A stretch of 47,222 bases of DNA. Source: Octopus bimaculoides (taxonomy: Eukaryota). The position numbers and the translations under genes were made by a program. This document shows positions 12,271 to 25,922 of this stretch, piece after piece. Position 1 is the first letter of the stretch, and each line of letters opens with the position of its first letter. The stretch spans positions 117,427,162 to 117,474,383 of the forward strand of contig NC_068982.1 in NCBI RefSeq assembly GCF_001194135.2. The letters run 5' to 3'. The notes beneath the pieces were generated by a model. That model was given only the letters and a program-made list of their open reading frames with translations, made no database searches and was not told where the DNA came from.

Positions 12271-14399
12271 TGTTCATGTTTAGGAATAATACAAAAAGGA
12301 AATATTGTTAATAATGCCCTGCAAGTATTCGAGACTCACCCTTCAATCATAAGACTAAACTTCTCTATATCAGTTTAGTTGGACGAGAAAATTATATTTC
12401 TAGTGAGTAGTCGTATAAGCAAGGCGAGCATGTCCGAGTTTCCATGAACTCCTATATTCTTCCAATGGTATTTCCTTTAATGCTTTTATTTAGGATTTTG
12501 TTTTAATATATTTAGATATTTGCACTCACGACCCTTCTTTATTAGAATTGTTTTCTTACTAGTACTATTTGCCTGCAAGGATTTCAGTTTTTCATTATAT
12601 CGCTAAATGCTTCAAGGAAATAATTTTATTTCCGGAAAGTAATTCAATTGTTTAATAAATGCATATTTAAAAAAAAAAATTCTTCATCTCATCTTGATGT
12701 ATTGGAATTAAACTGAAAGAATTTTAAAAGATTTTCTTTCTCTATTGACAGACATTGATATCATTGTGTGCACATGTCGCAGTTCGTTTTTGATGTCCAA
12801 TACGTAGGCGTTCTATTTCTGATATAAAATACGAATACAGATTTCAATGAAAGATCATTCTGTAAATACAATATCATAATTTTCTAGATATGTTGTTTTT
12901 ACAATTGTGACCACATGGATGAAAGATTGCAAAAACAACTTTTTCTATAAAATTGAAGTACACATATACTTCACTGTTGAAAATGTAAACTGATTATTGA
13001 ATAATTAGATTAGTTCTAGTTTTATTATATTTTTGAAAATATTAGTTGCATACTGTGGAAAGAATCAAAACTATTTTGTTAACCTGCTTGCATTCAATTT
13101 CCCAGTATATTCTAAGTTAAACTTTTCAGGAAATGATAAACATTAAATGTCATATAAATAATTATTTTACAGATTTTAATGCAGAATAACCTCTCCTGTA
13201 GAAATTCTATGTATGAATTCCTATGCCAAAGTCTTCATTAGATTGACGTGAAATAGAAACAATTTGTCGAGGCTATCCACTTCAAAGGAATTTCAGTTCT
13301 TGGTTTCAAATGTATACCGCTGTCGTGAGTAGAGTAATTACAAAGGCTCACATGTCTCACACGGTTTTCCATCTTCCTGCCATCTGAGTTTTACATGTAA
13401 CAACCACAAAAAAGGACCTGAACTTTTCGCTCAACTAGCTAAAAACAGCAGCAAAAATCATTCTCAAGTGACAGTCTACTCTGAAAAAAGAACAAAAAAA
13501 AAAACCAAAGGGCGTATTAGATAATTTAATATAAGCGACAACTAAATATACGCGGTAGTAACGGCCATGATGCCATTCAACACGTTCGTTCAATCAAGAT
13601 AATGTAACATTTAATTCGCATAAGAGAAATTAATTTTATTTCGTAATGTGAATATAAACATTAGAGCTCAGGTTTTTCGTATATATTCCACTAGGATTCA
13701 TGCCTTTGTTAGGAAAGCACATTGTATTTAGTTAAGTAGAACAATGGGTAAAATACTTTGTATTATTCAAATGTATAGTTTACGCTCTGAGTACGAATCC
13801 TACGAATGGGATTTCTGACCTTTATAGTAAGTGTTGAATTATGTCTCTGTACAATTTAACCACGACATTTTATATTATAAAACTAAACACTTGTTAAAAT
13901 TTACGGGGTGTATAAAAGTAATGCTCTGCAAATACTTAGCTTGATTTTCCATGACATTGTAACGCTATTGGAATCAGTTTATAATGCGGAATATGTAGGT
14001 TGACGTGAACATATCAAAATCCGTCCGATGCCACACATTGTTCCAGAAGTTTGATTTACTTCGCATCTAATGTTAGCTGAAGGATTGAAACCTTAGAGGT
14101 CTACAACGTTGCAGAATATGTTAACATACTGGTAGAATGCGGAGTATATAAAGTTTAAGGTTTACGATTAAATTCATATGTTGGAAGAAAGTAGGTAGTT
14201 AGTTGTCTAAATGGTAAGTGAATAATTTAGTTTGTGTAGTAGTGGATGTTTCCTCAGATGGTTACTATATATATATATATATATATATNNNNNNNNNNNN
14301 NNNNNNNNNNNNNNNNNNNNNNNNNNNNNNNNNNNNNNNNNNNNNNNNNNNNNNNNNNNNNNNNNNNNNNNNNNNNNNNNNNNNNNNNNNNNNNNNNNN

Positions 14400-15047
14400 G
14401 GCGATACCTGCTCAGAGACCTACACACAATTTTCAAAAAGTTTCCATTGTTCTCGACACAATCAAGGAAATCTTGTGCAACTGAAACCTGAGTGTACTTT
14501 TGGTCAGCTGAAAGAAGATTTGGGACAAACTTGGCAGACACGCATCTCATGCCCAGATCTTCAGTGATAATGGATTGAACTGAACCGTAACTAATCTGCA
14601 TATCCTCTGAGTACTCAATGATGGTGATTTGACGATTTCCTCTCACAGCTGCACGCATATCAGCGATGTTTTTCTCAATTTTTCTGGTTGCAGGTCTCAG
14701 AGACGTTCGCCAATATCGGCATTTTTTCGGTCATCTTGGAAACGTCTGAACCACTCATACATTTGTGAACGGCTCATACACTCCTCTCCGTGTACTTTCT
14801 GCGACTTTAGGTTGGTCTCTAAGCAGTTATCGTCCAGACAACTTTCTCTGTCATGGGCAACGCAACGATCACACGATACACACCTTCCTTCGAAGCACTG
14901 CTGTAAACTGCGCAAGTGAGCTAGAACATTAAACTCAGTGCGTATGCACAGAAGGGTCCAAGGTCAATCTGTGCCAAGCGGCCTCACTCTGCGTGATTTA
15001 GCTTCGATACTATGGCAACAGTCCGTATATTTTTTGTTCAGACCGCG
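14400..15047 (-). mobile_element. Mariner (DD34D, irritans-like) transposon, 5' TIR plus N-terminal transposase, frameshifted and 3'-truncated
   Basis: Minus strand: ...QKVHGEECMSRSQMYEWFRRFQDDRKNADIGE.../MRAAVRGNRQITIIEYSEDMQISYGSVQSIITEDLGMRCVSAKFVPNLLSADQK, containing the HTH region and a WVPREL-equivalent AKFVP motif. The terminus reads TA|CGCGGTCTGAACAAAAAATATACGGACT with TA at 15048-49. Confidence 0.88.
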
Positions 15048-16659
15048 TATATATATATACTTTATTAAAATCGTCTTCGATTCCTGAGAAAATCGAACAA
15101 TAATCTGTTGGAAAATGAGACAAGGTCAATCTCTAAAGGAGCAGGAGAAATAATCGCAAGAATCAAGTATTCTAAGTTTACATGCCGTTAAGGAAAAGTC
15201 AGTAAGACCAAGTGAAGACAAGGGGATAACCGTGGATTTGTTTTTATGGCTCTGGCGATAACAGCACTCTATGAATATATGACACTCAGTTTTTTTCTTA
15301 ATGACATATCAGTTTTGGAGAAATGCTGGTTCCTCAGATGTTTCCTCTGCTCACCTAGTGTGGCTATCAGTGATACTAAAGCGAGTGTCAACTTTCTTTA
15401 AAAGCGGTGATAATTCCAACCAATAAAGAATTTTTCTCGTATCCTATTTGAAATACCGTTATTCATTGTCGTTCACTTATGTACTACTGGCCACTGAGTC
15501 ATTTGCCTAACCTCAGTTTTGTTTTTTTATGGGAATTACCTCCTCTCGTTCTGTATATGTGAGTCGCGTATGCTAAAGATACGTTAGGATGATTCCTGAG
15601 TTAATGAATCGTATTATGGCCCAAAGACGCTTCCACAGTTGTCCTTTTATCTTGAGATGACATAATTGCCTTTTGCTTAATGGCAAATGAATTTTTGACA
15701 AAATTCTTGATTCCTGAACTTATCGATCCTACTAATTTGGAATTATTACTAATTGCCACGAAGTGATTGCATACCGCCTCTAGGAGCAGGGATAATATAA
15801 TAGTAAATCAATAATTTATCTTGTATAATATTTCATATACCTGTATTTATCTTTCTAACACACACATACTCACACACAGATGTATGGGTATATATTTTAT
15901 GACGGTTATGAATATTATGAATGGAATGAATAATTATGTGTGTGTTTTTGTATGTATATGCTATGTAAGTCTTCATGATTTCTATGTAGGTATATCGACT
16001 GATCTTCTCCACAACAGACAAATAATATGCGATGGAGAAACTGATGTAATATATTCTATCCGTGATCAATAATGAAATCACACAAGAATCGTAATTCTAC
16101 TGCAATGTCTAAATATGACTAGCGAGTTGTAAGTGTTTAAACTTTAGCAGAAGCATCAATATTTGGAAGTAAGCAGATGTTTGATTGTGACTTTCAGCTC
16201 AAGATTTTCCCACCTATCAAGTGGTCTTAATATATTGGCAAAATTCTCTAGCGTCTTCCAAGTAGAAATCATCCAATCATACGCGCATGCTGGAGACATT
16301 GAATCATTGAAATGATATCTTATTCTGAAGCCCAAGGCAGCCGATCTATGCCCGTGAGAGTTGTATAAACATAGATGTTTATAGACATTTGTGAATTAGT
16401 GGGCTTAACTACTTTGTTTGTTCTTGAATCATATATTTGTTAATTTATGAAATTTCAGATATTATTAATTGATTATTTGTTTTCATGTTTAATTCACAAT
16501 ATTAAACTAAATATGACTGCGTTGGAATATTCACATCACGATTTCCTCCCCATATGATTATTCTTTCCCTTCTTCTCACCCTTTCGCTTTCTCCTGTAAC
16601 GACAAACGTACTCAATCACACACAAGCATTTATTTATGTACACTTATATGCAATTATAT

Positions 16660-16833
<174 letters not shown>

Positions 16834-18029
16834 CCTTTAAAAATGTTTTATTTGCTAATATGAATTACAAAATTGTATATGTAGGAAAAACGTTAAGAAA
16901 TGATCTGTTAGAATCTTATTAGCCTGAGAAACAAATAATACAAAATTTGCATTTGGATGAAACGTTAATGTATAATTAGTTGTTTATGATGTGTGAATAT
17001 GTATACACATTTGGGAGAGAGAGAGAGAGAATAAAGAGCAAATCTAGTAGTGCAGGAAAGAGACCACGAGATAGAGAAAGGAGGAGAAAGAGGGAGAGAG
17101 AAAGAAAGAGAGAGAAAGAGATAGAGTGATAAATCTATATACACATACAGCCAAATAAAAATATATATAAATTTACCTCCTTATGAACACCTCGAGACGC
17201 GCCCGCACAAGCATACTCAAACGCACAAACATGCATATACACACACACCTAAATACTGATGTATACATACATACATATATATGTGTATACATATATATAT
17301 ATATATATANNNNNNNNNNNNNNNNNNNNNNNNNNNNNNNNNNNNNNNNNNNNNNNNNNNNNNNNNNNNNNNNNNNNNNNNNNNNNNNNNNNNNNNNNNN
17401 NNNNNNNNNNNNNNNNNNNNNNNNNNNNNNNNNNNNNNNNNNNNNNNNNNNNNNNNNNNNNNNNNNNNNNNNNNNNNNNNNNNNNNNNNNNNNNNNNNNN
17501 NNNNNNNNNNNNNNNNNNNNNNNNNNNNNNNNNNNNNNNNNNNNNNNNNNNNNNNNNNNNNNNNNNNNNNNNNNNNNNNNNNNNNNNNNNNNNNNNNNNN
17601 NNNNNNNNNNNNNNNNNNNNNNNNNNNNNNNNNNNNNNNNNNNNNNNNNNNNNNNNNNNNNNNNNNNNNNNNNNNNNNNNNNNNNNNNNNNNNNNNNNNN
17701 NNNNNNNNNNNNNNNNNNNNNNNNNNNNNNNNNNNNNNNNNNNNNNNNNNNNNNNNNNNNNNNNNNNNNNNNNNNNNNNNNNNNNNNNNNNNNNNNNNNN
17801 NNNNNNNNNNNNNNNNNNNNNNNNNNNNNNNNNNNNNNTATATATATATATATATGTATATTATTTAAACTCTGTCTGTTTTTTTTATGTTTTATTTATA
17901 TTCTTATAAAATTATTGTGGGATATAGAGTATGGAATATATAATATAAATAGTAAAATGAAATGAAGTATTCAATGTCTTATTGAATATATGAAATATTG
18001 AGTATTAAATATATATAAAAGCTAGTATA

Positions 18030-18763
18030 CTTTCCTGATAGAAAGCAGTAAGGAGGCTTCACGTATCCTTCATTGCTGACAACCACTAAAATCATGACAG
18101 TTGCAGAAAATTTTGTACACATAACACTTGGAACTTCAGAAGGTTCTGCACATTTCTTCTGTTAACGTTTTCGTCTTGGCTGAATTTTTTCTCGTCTGAG
18201 AAAAATCGAATCAAGTATTCTTCTGCTGGATTTTTCAGTTTCTTTAAGAGTCTTTTAGATCTCATGTAGTGATTGTCTTTTGATTTTTCTGACAATTTGA
18301 CCTTTCCTCATCATATATCTGATGACTTACATCTGATGTCTTCGTGGACAACATTTCTGACCCTTTCTTCTGACAGATGCAGATCTTTTGCAATTGACCT
18401 CATAGATTTTCTAGGATTGTTATCAATAGTTTATTTGATTTGCTGGATAAATAAAGTTGTTCTGATGATTTCAGACTGTTTAAAATGCGTTTACTGCTTT
18501 GACACTTGTGATACATTTCCATTTTCTGTCACTAGCTCCTTAGAAACTTTGTAGACGAAAGATCTGGCAAATATTTAAAGTTCGGGATATTTCTGAATCG
18601 CTATGCTCAGCCTTTATAATCACAATAGCGGCGTGACTCTTCATATCTTGAGTAAGCTGAGGGTCTGCCATCATTATTTTCTGAAACACAGATTATACAG
18701 ATTGAGCAAAAAGTTCAGCAATGAACCTAAAAATGTACGTCCTTAAATACCTTACGCGCCCTG
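18030..18763 (-). mobile_element. Tc1/mariner superfamily transposon, maT (DD37D)-like; 5' TIR and decayed transposase, 3'-truncated
   Basis: From the ATG at 18671: MADPQLTQDMKSHAAIVIIKAEHSDSEISRTLNI...NNPRKSMRSIAKDLHLSEERVRNVVHEDIRCKS...LSEKSKDNHYMRSKRLLKKLKNPAEEYLIRFFSDEKKFSQDENVNRRN...PSEVPSVMCTKFSATVMILVVVSNEGYVKPP. The FSDEK motif carries the first catalytic Asp. The terminus reads TA|CAGGGCGCG with TA at 18764-65. Confidence 0.85.
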
Positions 18764-18945
18764 TATAGAGGCGAAGATAAATTAACTTGAGAATGGATGC
18801 GTCACGTTCAATTAAATAAATAAATAATATAATATATGTGGATGCCTGTGTAACTGATGATAAGTATATATGGGTGCAGCATGTCAGCAGCGGTGAATAT
18901 AACATACACACGAGAGATAGTTGCAATATGTGGAGAGTAAGTTGC

Positions 18946-18987
<42 letters not shown>

Positions 18988-19355
18988 NNNNNNNNNNNNN
19001 NNNNNNNNNNNNNNNNNNNNNNNNNNNNNNNNNNNNNNNNNNNNNNNNNNNNNNNNNNNNNNNNNNNNNNNNNNNNNNNNNNNNNNNNNNNNNNNNNNNN
19101 NNNNNNNNNNNNNNNNNNNNNNNNNNNNNNNNNNNNNNNNNNNNNNNNNNNNNNNNNNNNNNNNNNNNNNNNNNNNNNNNNNNNNNNNNNNNNNNNNNNN
19201 NNNNNNNNNNNNNNNNNNNNNNNNNNNNNNNNNNNNNNNNNNNNNNNNNNNNNNNNNNNNNNNNNNNNNNNNNNNNNNNNNNNNNNNNNNNNNNNNNNNN
19301 NNNNNNNNNNNNNNNNNNNNNNNNNNNNNNNNNATATATATATATATATATATAT

Positions 19356-19522
19356 GCGTATACAGCGGCTTTCTTACAGCTTCTCTCAACGAAATCCAAT
19401 TAGAAGGCATTCGTGGGCCTGAGGCAATAGTAGAGTATAGTATCCCAAGATGCCACCCAGTGGGACTGAACCAGGACCATCTCGTTAGCAAGTAAGCTTC
19501 TTACCACGCAACTCAGCCTGCA
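19356..19522 (-). mobile_element. Family A SINE 5' half
   Basis: Plus strand CCCAAGATGCCACCCAGTGGGACTGAACCAGGACC...GCTTCTTACCACGCAACTCAGCCTGC is the reverse complement of the head plus CORE-like block. It abuts (TA)n and a gap. Confidence 0.8.
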
Positions 19523-21221
19523 CGTACACACACAAACACACACGCATACTTGCACGTCACGCACACACTCTCATACACACGCCCACGTACATAAAAGAAT
19601 TTCGTCTTTTTCTCCTTTTCCGTTACTTGTACTCTTTCATCCTCTCCATTCTTTTTCTTTCCACGTCTCTTTCTTTCATTGGCTTTCTCTTTTGCTCTTG
19701 CTTTCTGTCGCTGCATCTTCCTTGCTTGCATTCTTTGTATACAAACTTTCACTATAAGCTAATACTTCATCCCTACAAAAGACTTAGTTGACTTGCTTCG
19801 AACAAAAAATCGAGAACGGCTAAAGAAGAATTATAAACGTATCAGCTGGTCATTGATAAATAAATGTATTTAAGAATACACCAGAAGTATTTATTACACT
19901 ATTTACTATAATTCTATGATGAAAGATACGAAATGCACACACATATATTCATATATACTCTTACACAAACTCATACATAAAAACTCATAAGTACACACAT
20001 AATATGCTATATGTTTAAACGAAGTTAAACAGATAATTTTGGCTCTCTCATAAAGCCACACAGAGCGAAGGAGTGCGAGCAACGTTGCAAAAAAAAATCG
20101 GTATGATAGATTAGGAATTTTGCTAAATACTTCAACAGAATTCGAAAATCACAACAATGCAAGGAAGCGCATTGTGATCATCACTATGTAAAAATATCCA
20201 ATAGTCTAGAGAATAATATATATATATTACCGTCCATAAATGCTTTAGCTTATTGGCGTATCGTCAGATCTCCAAAAAACTTGTTGGCCCAAAACCACTT
20301 AAAAATATGCAGGAGGAAATGCCTTTATCCACTCAAAGGTAACAATTGCAGATTAACTCCTTTTGCTATTGGCTATCGATCTCCAGCTGTGCCGTCATCT
20401 TGCAGGCTCCCAAAAGTTAGGAGGAACCTTCTGAAATGTAAACGTGGCCCGAAAATCGTCCTTAAAACAGCGAACTGACCAAAACGCGACCGTGCCACAC
20501 AAAATGCATAAAGGCATTTCTTCCATCGATTTACTTTCAGAGTTGAAATACCCATTGAAAATAATTGGCCTTATGCAGAAGTTTCATTATTTCATCTACT
20601 TCGTGTTTAGGCAAAACAACAAAGAATGGTATTAAGTGTTCAATACATATCCCTAAATTGATGATTATGAACAATGCCAGTAAAATGACAAATACTACAT
20701 GAGTGTATCGTACGATGCGTTGTACCAAACTACGGACAGTATGCGGAAGACTGCTAACGTCATGGCTGTACGATGAAACGCTGTCCGGCGGCTCGTTCTA
20801 CTTCGCCTGAACCCTCCTTGCGTGTCACGCTTCACAGCGCATATAAATAGTTACATATTCACCTATATATGTATACAGATTTATATGCGTATATGTATGC
20901 GTTTTGGGGGCGGTGGCATTAACTATGTGTATATGCATATATAAATATTTAAAGTCGTATATGAGTTGGATATTTCTGTGCAAGAACATTAACTGGTAAA
21001 CTGTCTGCATTTATTTGCTGCTGTTTGTATGAATTTTAGGTGTTAATGCTTAAAAACAAAAGTCTTAATCTTTTATTCAAAGTGTTTCTGTTTCACCCAC
21101 TACTAGTGAATAAATGTCTGTATCTTTAGCCATTTTATCATTCATGAATTCCATGCATTAATAATGCAGAAATCATTATTCTTGTACATTATGCATACAT
21201 ATTCGTTTATATTATGCGTAG

Positions 21222-21410
21222 AATTTGCGAAGGGTAAAAACCTCCACTTCTACACTTCAGGGTTCGATTTCGACACCATTGCTCGCCACCTTGAGCGACT
21301 CTTCCCGAAAAACCCACACTTTGAAGAATGCCATGTGACTGGAATTCGAGAAACAGTAACGGCGAGAAAGCTCGCTGGACACAAATACACTCACCCACGA
21401 TTGTTTCTAG
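21222..21410 (+). CDS. Candidate internal exon of an unidentified protein (189 nt, phase 1-1)
   Basis: tatattatgcgtag|AATTTGCG...TTTCTAG|gtataa. Reads (E)FAKGKNLHFYTSGFDFDTIARHLERLFPKNPHFEECHVTGIRETVTARKLAGHKYTHPRLFL with locally raised GC. No family was recognised. Confidence 0.35.
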
Positions 21411-22717
21411 GTATAACTTCATGTGTAATGCCTGAGTATGTCCATCTATACTTTCCCCACTTATCATTCCGCTTTTAGCATTATTCTATTACCTCGCATT
21501 TTATCATCCAGTATCCTGGTGTGTCTACAAGCTTACCAATAAATATGCATGACGATATATAAATGTTTGTAAAAATCTTTTTATTGTATTGTAGTTTTTG
21601 CGGATAATGCTGACGAAGTGTGAAGGAATCGGACTGCGTAACGGCGCTCTTCCTCCATCTCATCCTCTGTTTACAGACACACCTATAATTCTACGAGTAA
21701 GCTGTTTCGATGATTGGATCATCTGGAAACCTTATCGTCGGAACCGACTGAGTGCCAATTTCTATACATATTACATCTCTGGGTTTGAGTCTTTGGTCAC
21801 CGTTAATGAAGTACATTTGTACCAGCAATAAAATAAGTACTGAGCTTGACGTAATAGATCGAAGATGGTGTCTCAGTATATGCAATGTAATGTCTGAAAT
21901 TAAAGTATTAGGAAAACAAGGACAAGGATAAAAGTATGTTCCTCTGAAAAGGGAAAAATAATTTTAGGTGAAAAAAAAAAAAAGAACGAATATGCAGAGG
22001 TACCAAATCACAGAAAATACTTCCGCCATCGGTTTTGGTGCTGAGTATGCTATTGATCATTTGTGACAAAGCGGGTATGGGCGCAGAAGGCTATATAGTA
22101 AACGTTAATAATTACTTGCTTTGGGGGATCGATCCATTTGAGTGATAACATGAGCAAGAGTATTATACCACTTCCTTGAGTCAATCGTATTATACTAATT
22201 AAAAACGTAGGAGACGAGATCTATAAAATTTGTTCAGAACCTCTTGGAGCAATCTTTTCTGTTTCGTATAGCAGTACTAGTCTGCCACACTATTTTAAAC
22301 TAAGAAAAGAAATATTTAAGTAGTATATAATAAGTACCACAGAATTTCAAGCTACTTAGGAGGAATCTAGAGTAGGAATCACATATATATATATAGAGAG
22401 AGAGCGAGAGAGAGGGGTGAGAGAGAGAAAGAGAAAGAGAGAAGTGAGAGAGAGATTAGAATGATAAATTAGGAGCAACACCTATAAACTATGGAACATT
22501 ATTCTTCCTACTTCATTAACAAAAGCAACAGAAAAAGAAATCTCTATATACTGCATTAAAACACTACATTCATTCACTCACTCTTCGCAACCATTTCCTT
22601 TCCAAATAATATTAATATTTGTATTAAATCACTTGCACAACATAATGTGGGCTACCACGATTATCCTCACCATCACCGACCTAGTAACAGAACAGCGTCA
22701 ATGACAGCAGAAACTTA

Positions 22718-22830
22718 GCAGCAGCAGCAGCAACATCCTGCACAAACAGTAATGACAACAACAATGGCAACAACGATGACAACAACAACACCGACGACGA
22801 CGACGACGACGACTACAATAACCTGATGAT
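22718..22830. repeat. Mixed trinucleotide tract (CAG)/(CAA)/(GAC)
   Basis: Direct reading. There is no flanking ORF or splice context. Confidence 0.85.
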
Positions 22831-24101
22831 AATATTTATTAGATTGTTGCTCTATGGCAGACTTCAGTTATCCCTATTATATGGCGCTAAGTGCTGATAA
22901 TTTCCATTAACATAATAAGATAATTTTTGATCTGAAAATTATTCTTATACTAAATACAATATTGGTTGGAATGCAGAATGTGATTCAATTCTGTCTGTAT
23001 ATTTCAAAACCTACATTTAAGTAGATAACAGCAATAGGTGTATTTGATGATAAGAGGCAGTAGGGACACTGTTTGAATGATGGGTGAGAAAATTATTTTA
23101 CACTCAAATCAAGATTACTTACTCTACGTTATAGGGATGGCAGAAACAGCAATTAAATAGGACAAATAAATACTAGATCACGCGCGAACATACGTTTATA
23201 ATTGTCTGTTTCATTACATTTTGAAAACAGCTATTATTTCTCGGCTATGCATAAGCTGATTGCTTCGTTCCTATCTTCGACATCTTTTCTTTTGTTGACC
23301 AACAACCCGTGATGTCAGCTACGATTCTCTTTTATTTGTCTCTCTCTCTCTCTCCTCTATCTTTCCATCAATCTCCTCTATCTCTCCATCAATCTCCTCT
23401 AAGTCTTTCAGGCTGTATCTCTGTCTGTTTATATGTGTCTCTGTCATGGTGGCTGTCTCTTCCCCCTCTCCTCATCTCTCTCTATCTCACTCCCTCTCTG
23501 CATATATGCTTCGCTGAAAAGTTAATTTCTCAACAACGTGAATTCGCGGTCAACTTCGCTGTGCGATAACTTGCTCAAGTGATTTAAACTCTAGTACTGG
23601 GGGGACAAATACCTTCTGAGTGAATTGTAAATAGTAACTGTACAGAACCCCGTTTAGTATATTTGTGTCCGTATCCGTCTGTGTCCGTGTGACCGTGTCT
23701 GTGTTTGTCCGTGTCCCAGTGTGTCCGTGTCTGTGTGTGACGATGTGTGTTCGTTTGTGTGCACGCGCGTGCGCATGTGTATGTGTCTATGTGTGTGTAT
23801 GCATGTGTGAGTGCATGTGGTTCCGTGTCATTACTTGTGAACTGCTGCTGTTTATTTACTTATTTTTTACTGCTTCAGGAACCACTTTTAAAATAATTAC
23901 TGTACAGGTGCGAGTTCGTTGCACTAATGTTATAAGGAGTAACTCCATCTTGAATGCAGTCCAATGATAGAATCAAGTAAATGACTGAAAGTGCATACAA
24001 AACCACTTATTTCATGGATTGGCCACACAGACCAAACTGAGTGTTTTGTGTTCACATAGATATTGAATTATATCATGGTAGAAACATTTCTACCATATGA
24101 T

Positions 24102-24494
24102 ACTGAATGGGGCTCTGATGGGGCACCTCCTTGAAGGGGTTTAGTCAAAGAAATCAACCCTAGGTCTTATTTTTCAGAGCCTAATATTTACTACGCCGCA
24201 TTCTTTTGCCGAACCACTAAGTTGTGGGGACATAAACACACCGATACTGATTGTCAAGCCGTGGTGGGGGACAAACGCAGACACAAAGACACGCAGACGC
24301 ACGCGCGCGCACACACACACGCGTGCGCGCGCGACGAGCTTCTTTCAGCTCCCGTCTACCAAATTCACTCACAAGACTAGACTTCGGTCGTCCTGACGCT
24401 ATAGCAGAACACATTTGCCCAAGCTGCCACGTAGCGGGATTGAATCCTGACCCATGTGGTTGAGAAGCAATTTCCCTAACACACTGACCCGCCT
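24102..24494 (-). mobile_element. Family A SINE, near full length, with a GC-rich (CG/CA) internal microsatellite
   Basis: The reverse complement contains the head, the CORE-like block (plus strand TTGCCCAAGCTGCCACGTAGCGGG) and the 3' block (plus strand CTTTTGCCGAACCACTAAGTTGTGGGGACATAAACACACC). Confidence 0.82.
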
Positions 24495-24878
24495 ACTAAT
24501 GTAAAATTACAGTTTTATTTTTTTTATTGTTAGAAGTAATTTCAGAATGTATGTAGATAGGGTATGTTAGATTTGATTTACATAGGAGCATAAATCAGAG
24601 ATGGATGAAGCACAGTAGAATGTGTTAAATTATCTGCTTAAAGAATAACCTCAGCTCTATCTCCCCACGTAGTTCAATCATTCATAAACATATCTTTATC
24701 GAATGTTTACACCACAACTAATTCGCAGTTACATTGCTCCTCTCACATGAACCTTAAACACAACATACATACATATGTGTGTGCGCAGACGTGCGCGCGC
24801 ATGTGTATACAAACACAGACACCTACACACATATATAAATATATATANNNNNNNNNNNNNNNNNNNNNNNNNNNNNNN

Positions 24879-24909
<31 letters not shown>

Positions 24910-25174
24910 TAACTTACGCACACAGACATATGTATGTATGTATATATTCACACACACACACACGTATATAAATGGGAAACCGAAATAATTTACAGTTCAG
25001 CGAAAGCAACATAGCCGAAATTAACTTTAAAACTTCAACTCGTAAAAAATTCATATACTACTCCACTGAAAGCTATCGAATAATTCTTAAATATACGTTT
25101 GATTGACTTTATATATATTTATACCTACATAAAAAAGACACGTTTATACGCCAATACACAACGTGCGCATACAA

Positions 25175-25233
<59 letters not shown>

Positions 25234-25714
25234 TACTTTATTTTATGTGACCTACCAGCACCTCTGAAAGTAAAAAAAAGAAAAATCTTGAAAGCAATGC
25301 GAATGTATCAGTAAAACCTCTACACTTATAAGAATTTTTCACTTATTGTCTACTCACATTCGTCATATTTTGGCTTTATAATTTCCTATCGGACTCACGC
25401 AGTGTATGGTAACTGATCTCTGCCTGTTGCGTCCTCTATCAATTTTGGTGTGTTGATATTTTTGGTATTGACCCCCATTTCCTTCTTACTACATATATAT
25501 AAATGACCTCTTTCAAGCTCTGCCCAATTATGTCAACTCTTACGCAGATTAGATAATTGTCCCTCCTTCTCTTAATTTCCCAAACATAAATTATCCAAAG
25601 CACAATTAAACACCACACAATATATCCTTTACCGACTTTGCTAACAGGAACCTACCAAGTACTTTCCAGTGGGGATATGTTTATTTTGCCCCATTGAACA
25701 ATAAAACACAAAAA

Positions 25715-25846
25715 GCTACCCATATCGCGTCGTTCCGGATTCAGATCCACTGCGACGCACTTTGGGCAAGTGTCTTCTGCTCTGGCCTCGGACCGACCAA
25801 TGTATTGTGAGTGAATCTGTTAAGCAGAAACTGTAAGAAACATGTC

Positions 25847-25922
<76 letters not shown>

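Noticed and set aside
13902-13930. TACGGGGTGTATAAAAGTAATGC, like a mariner TIR
   Set aside because: There is no partner TIR or transposase behind it and it is too short to support.
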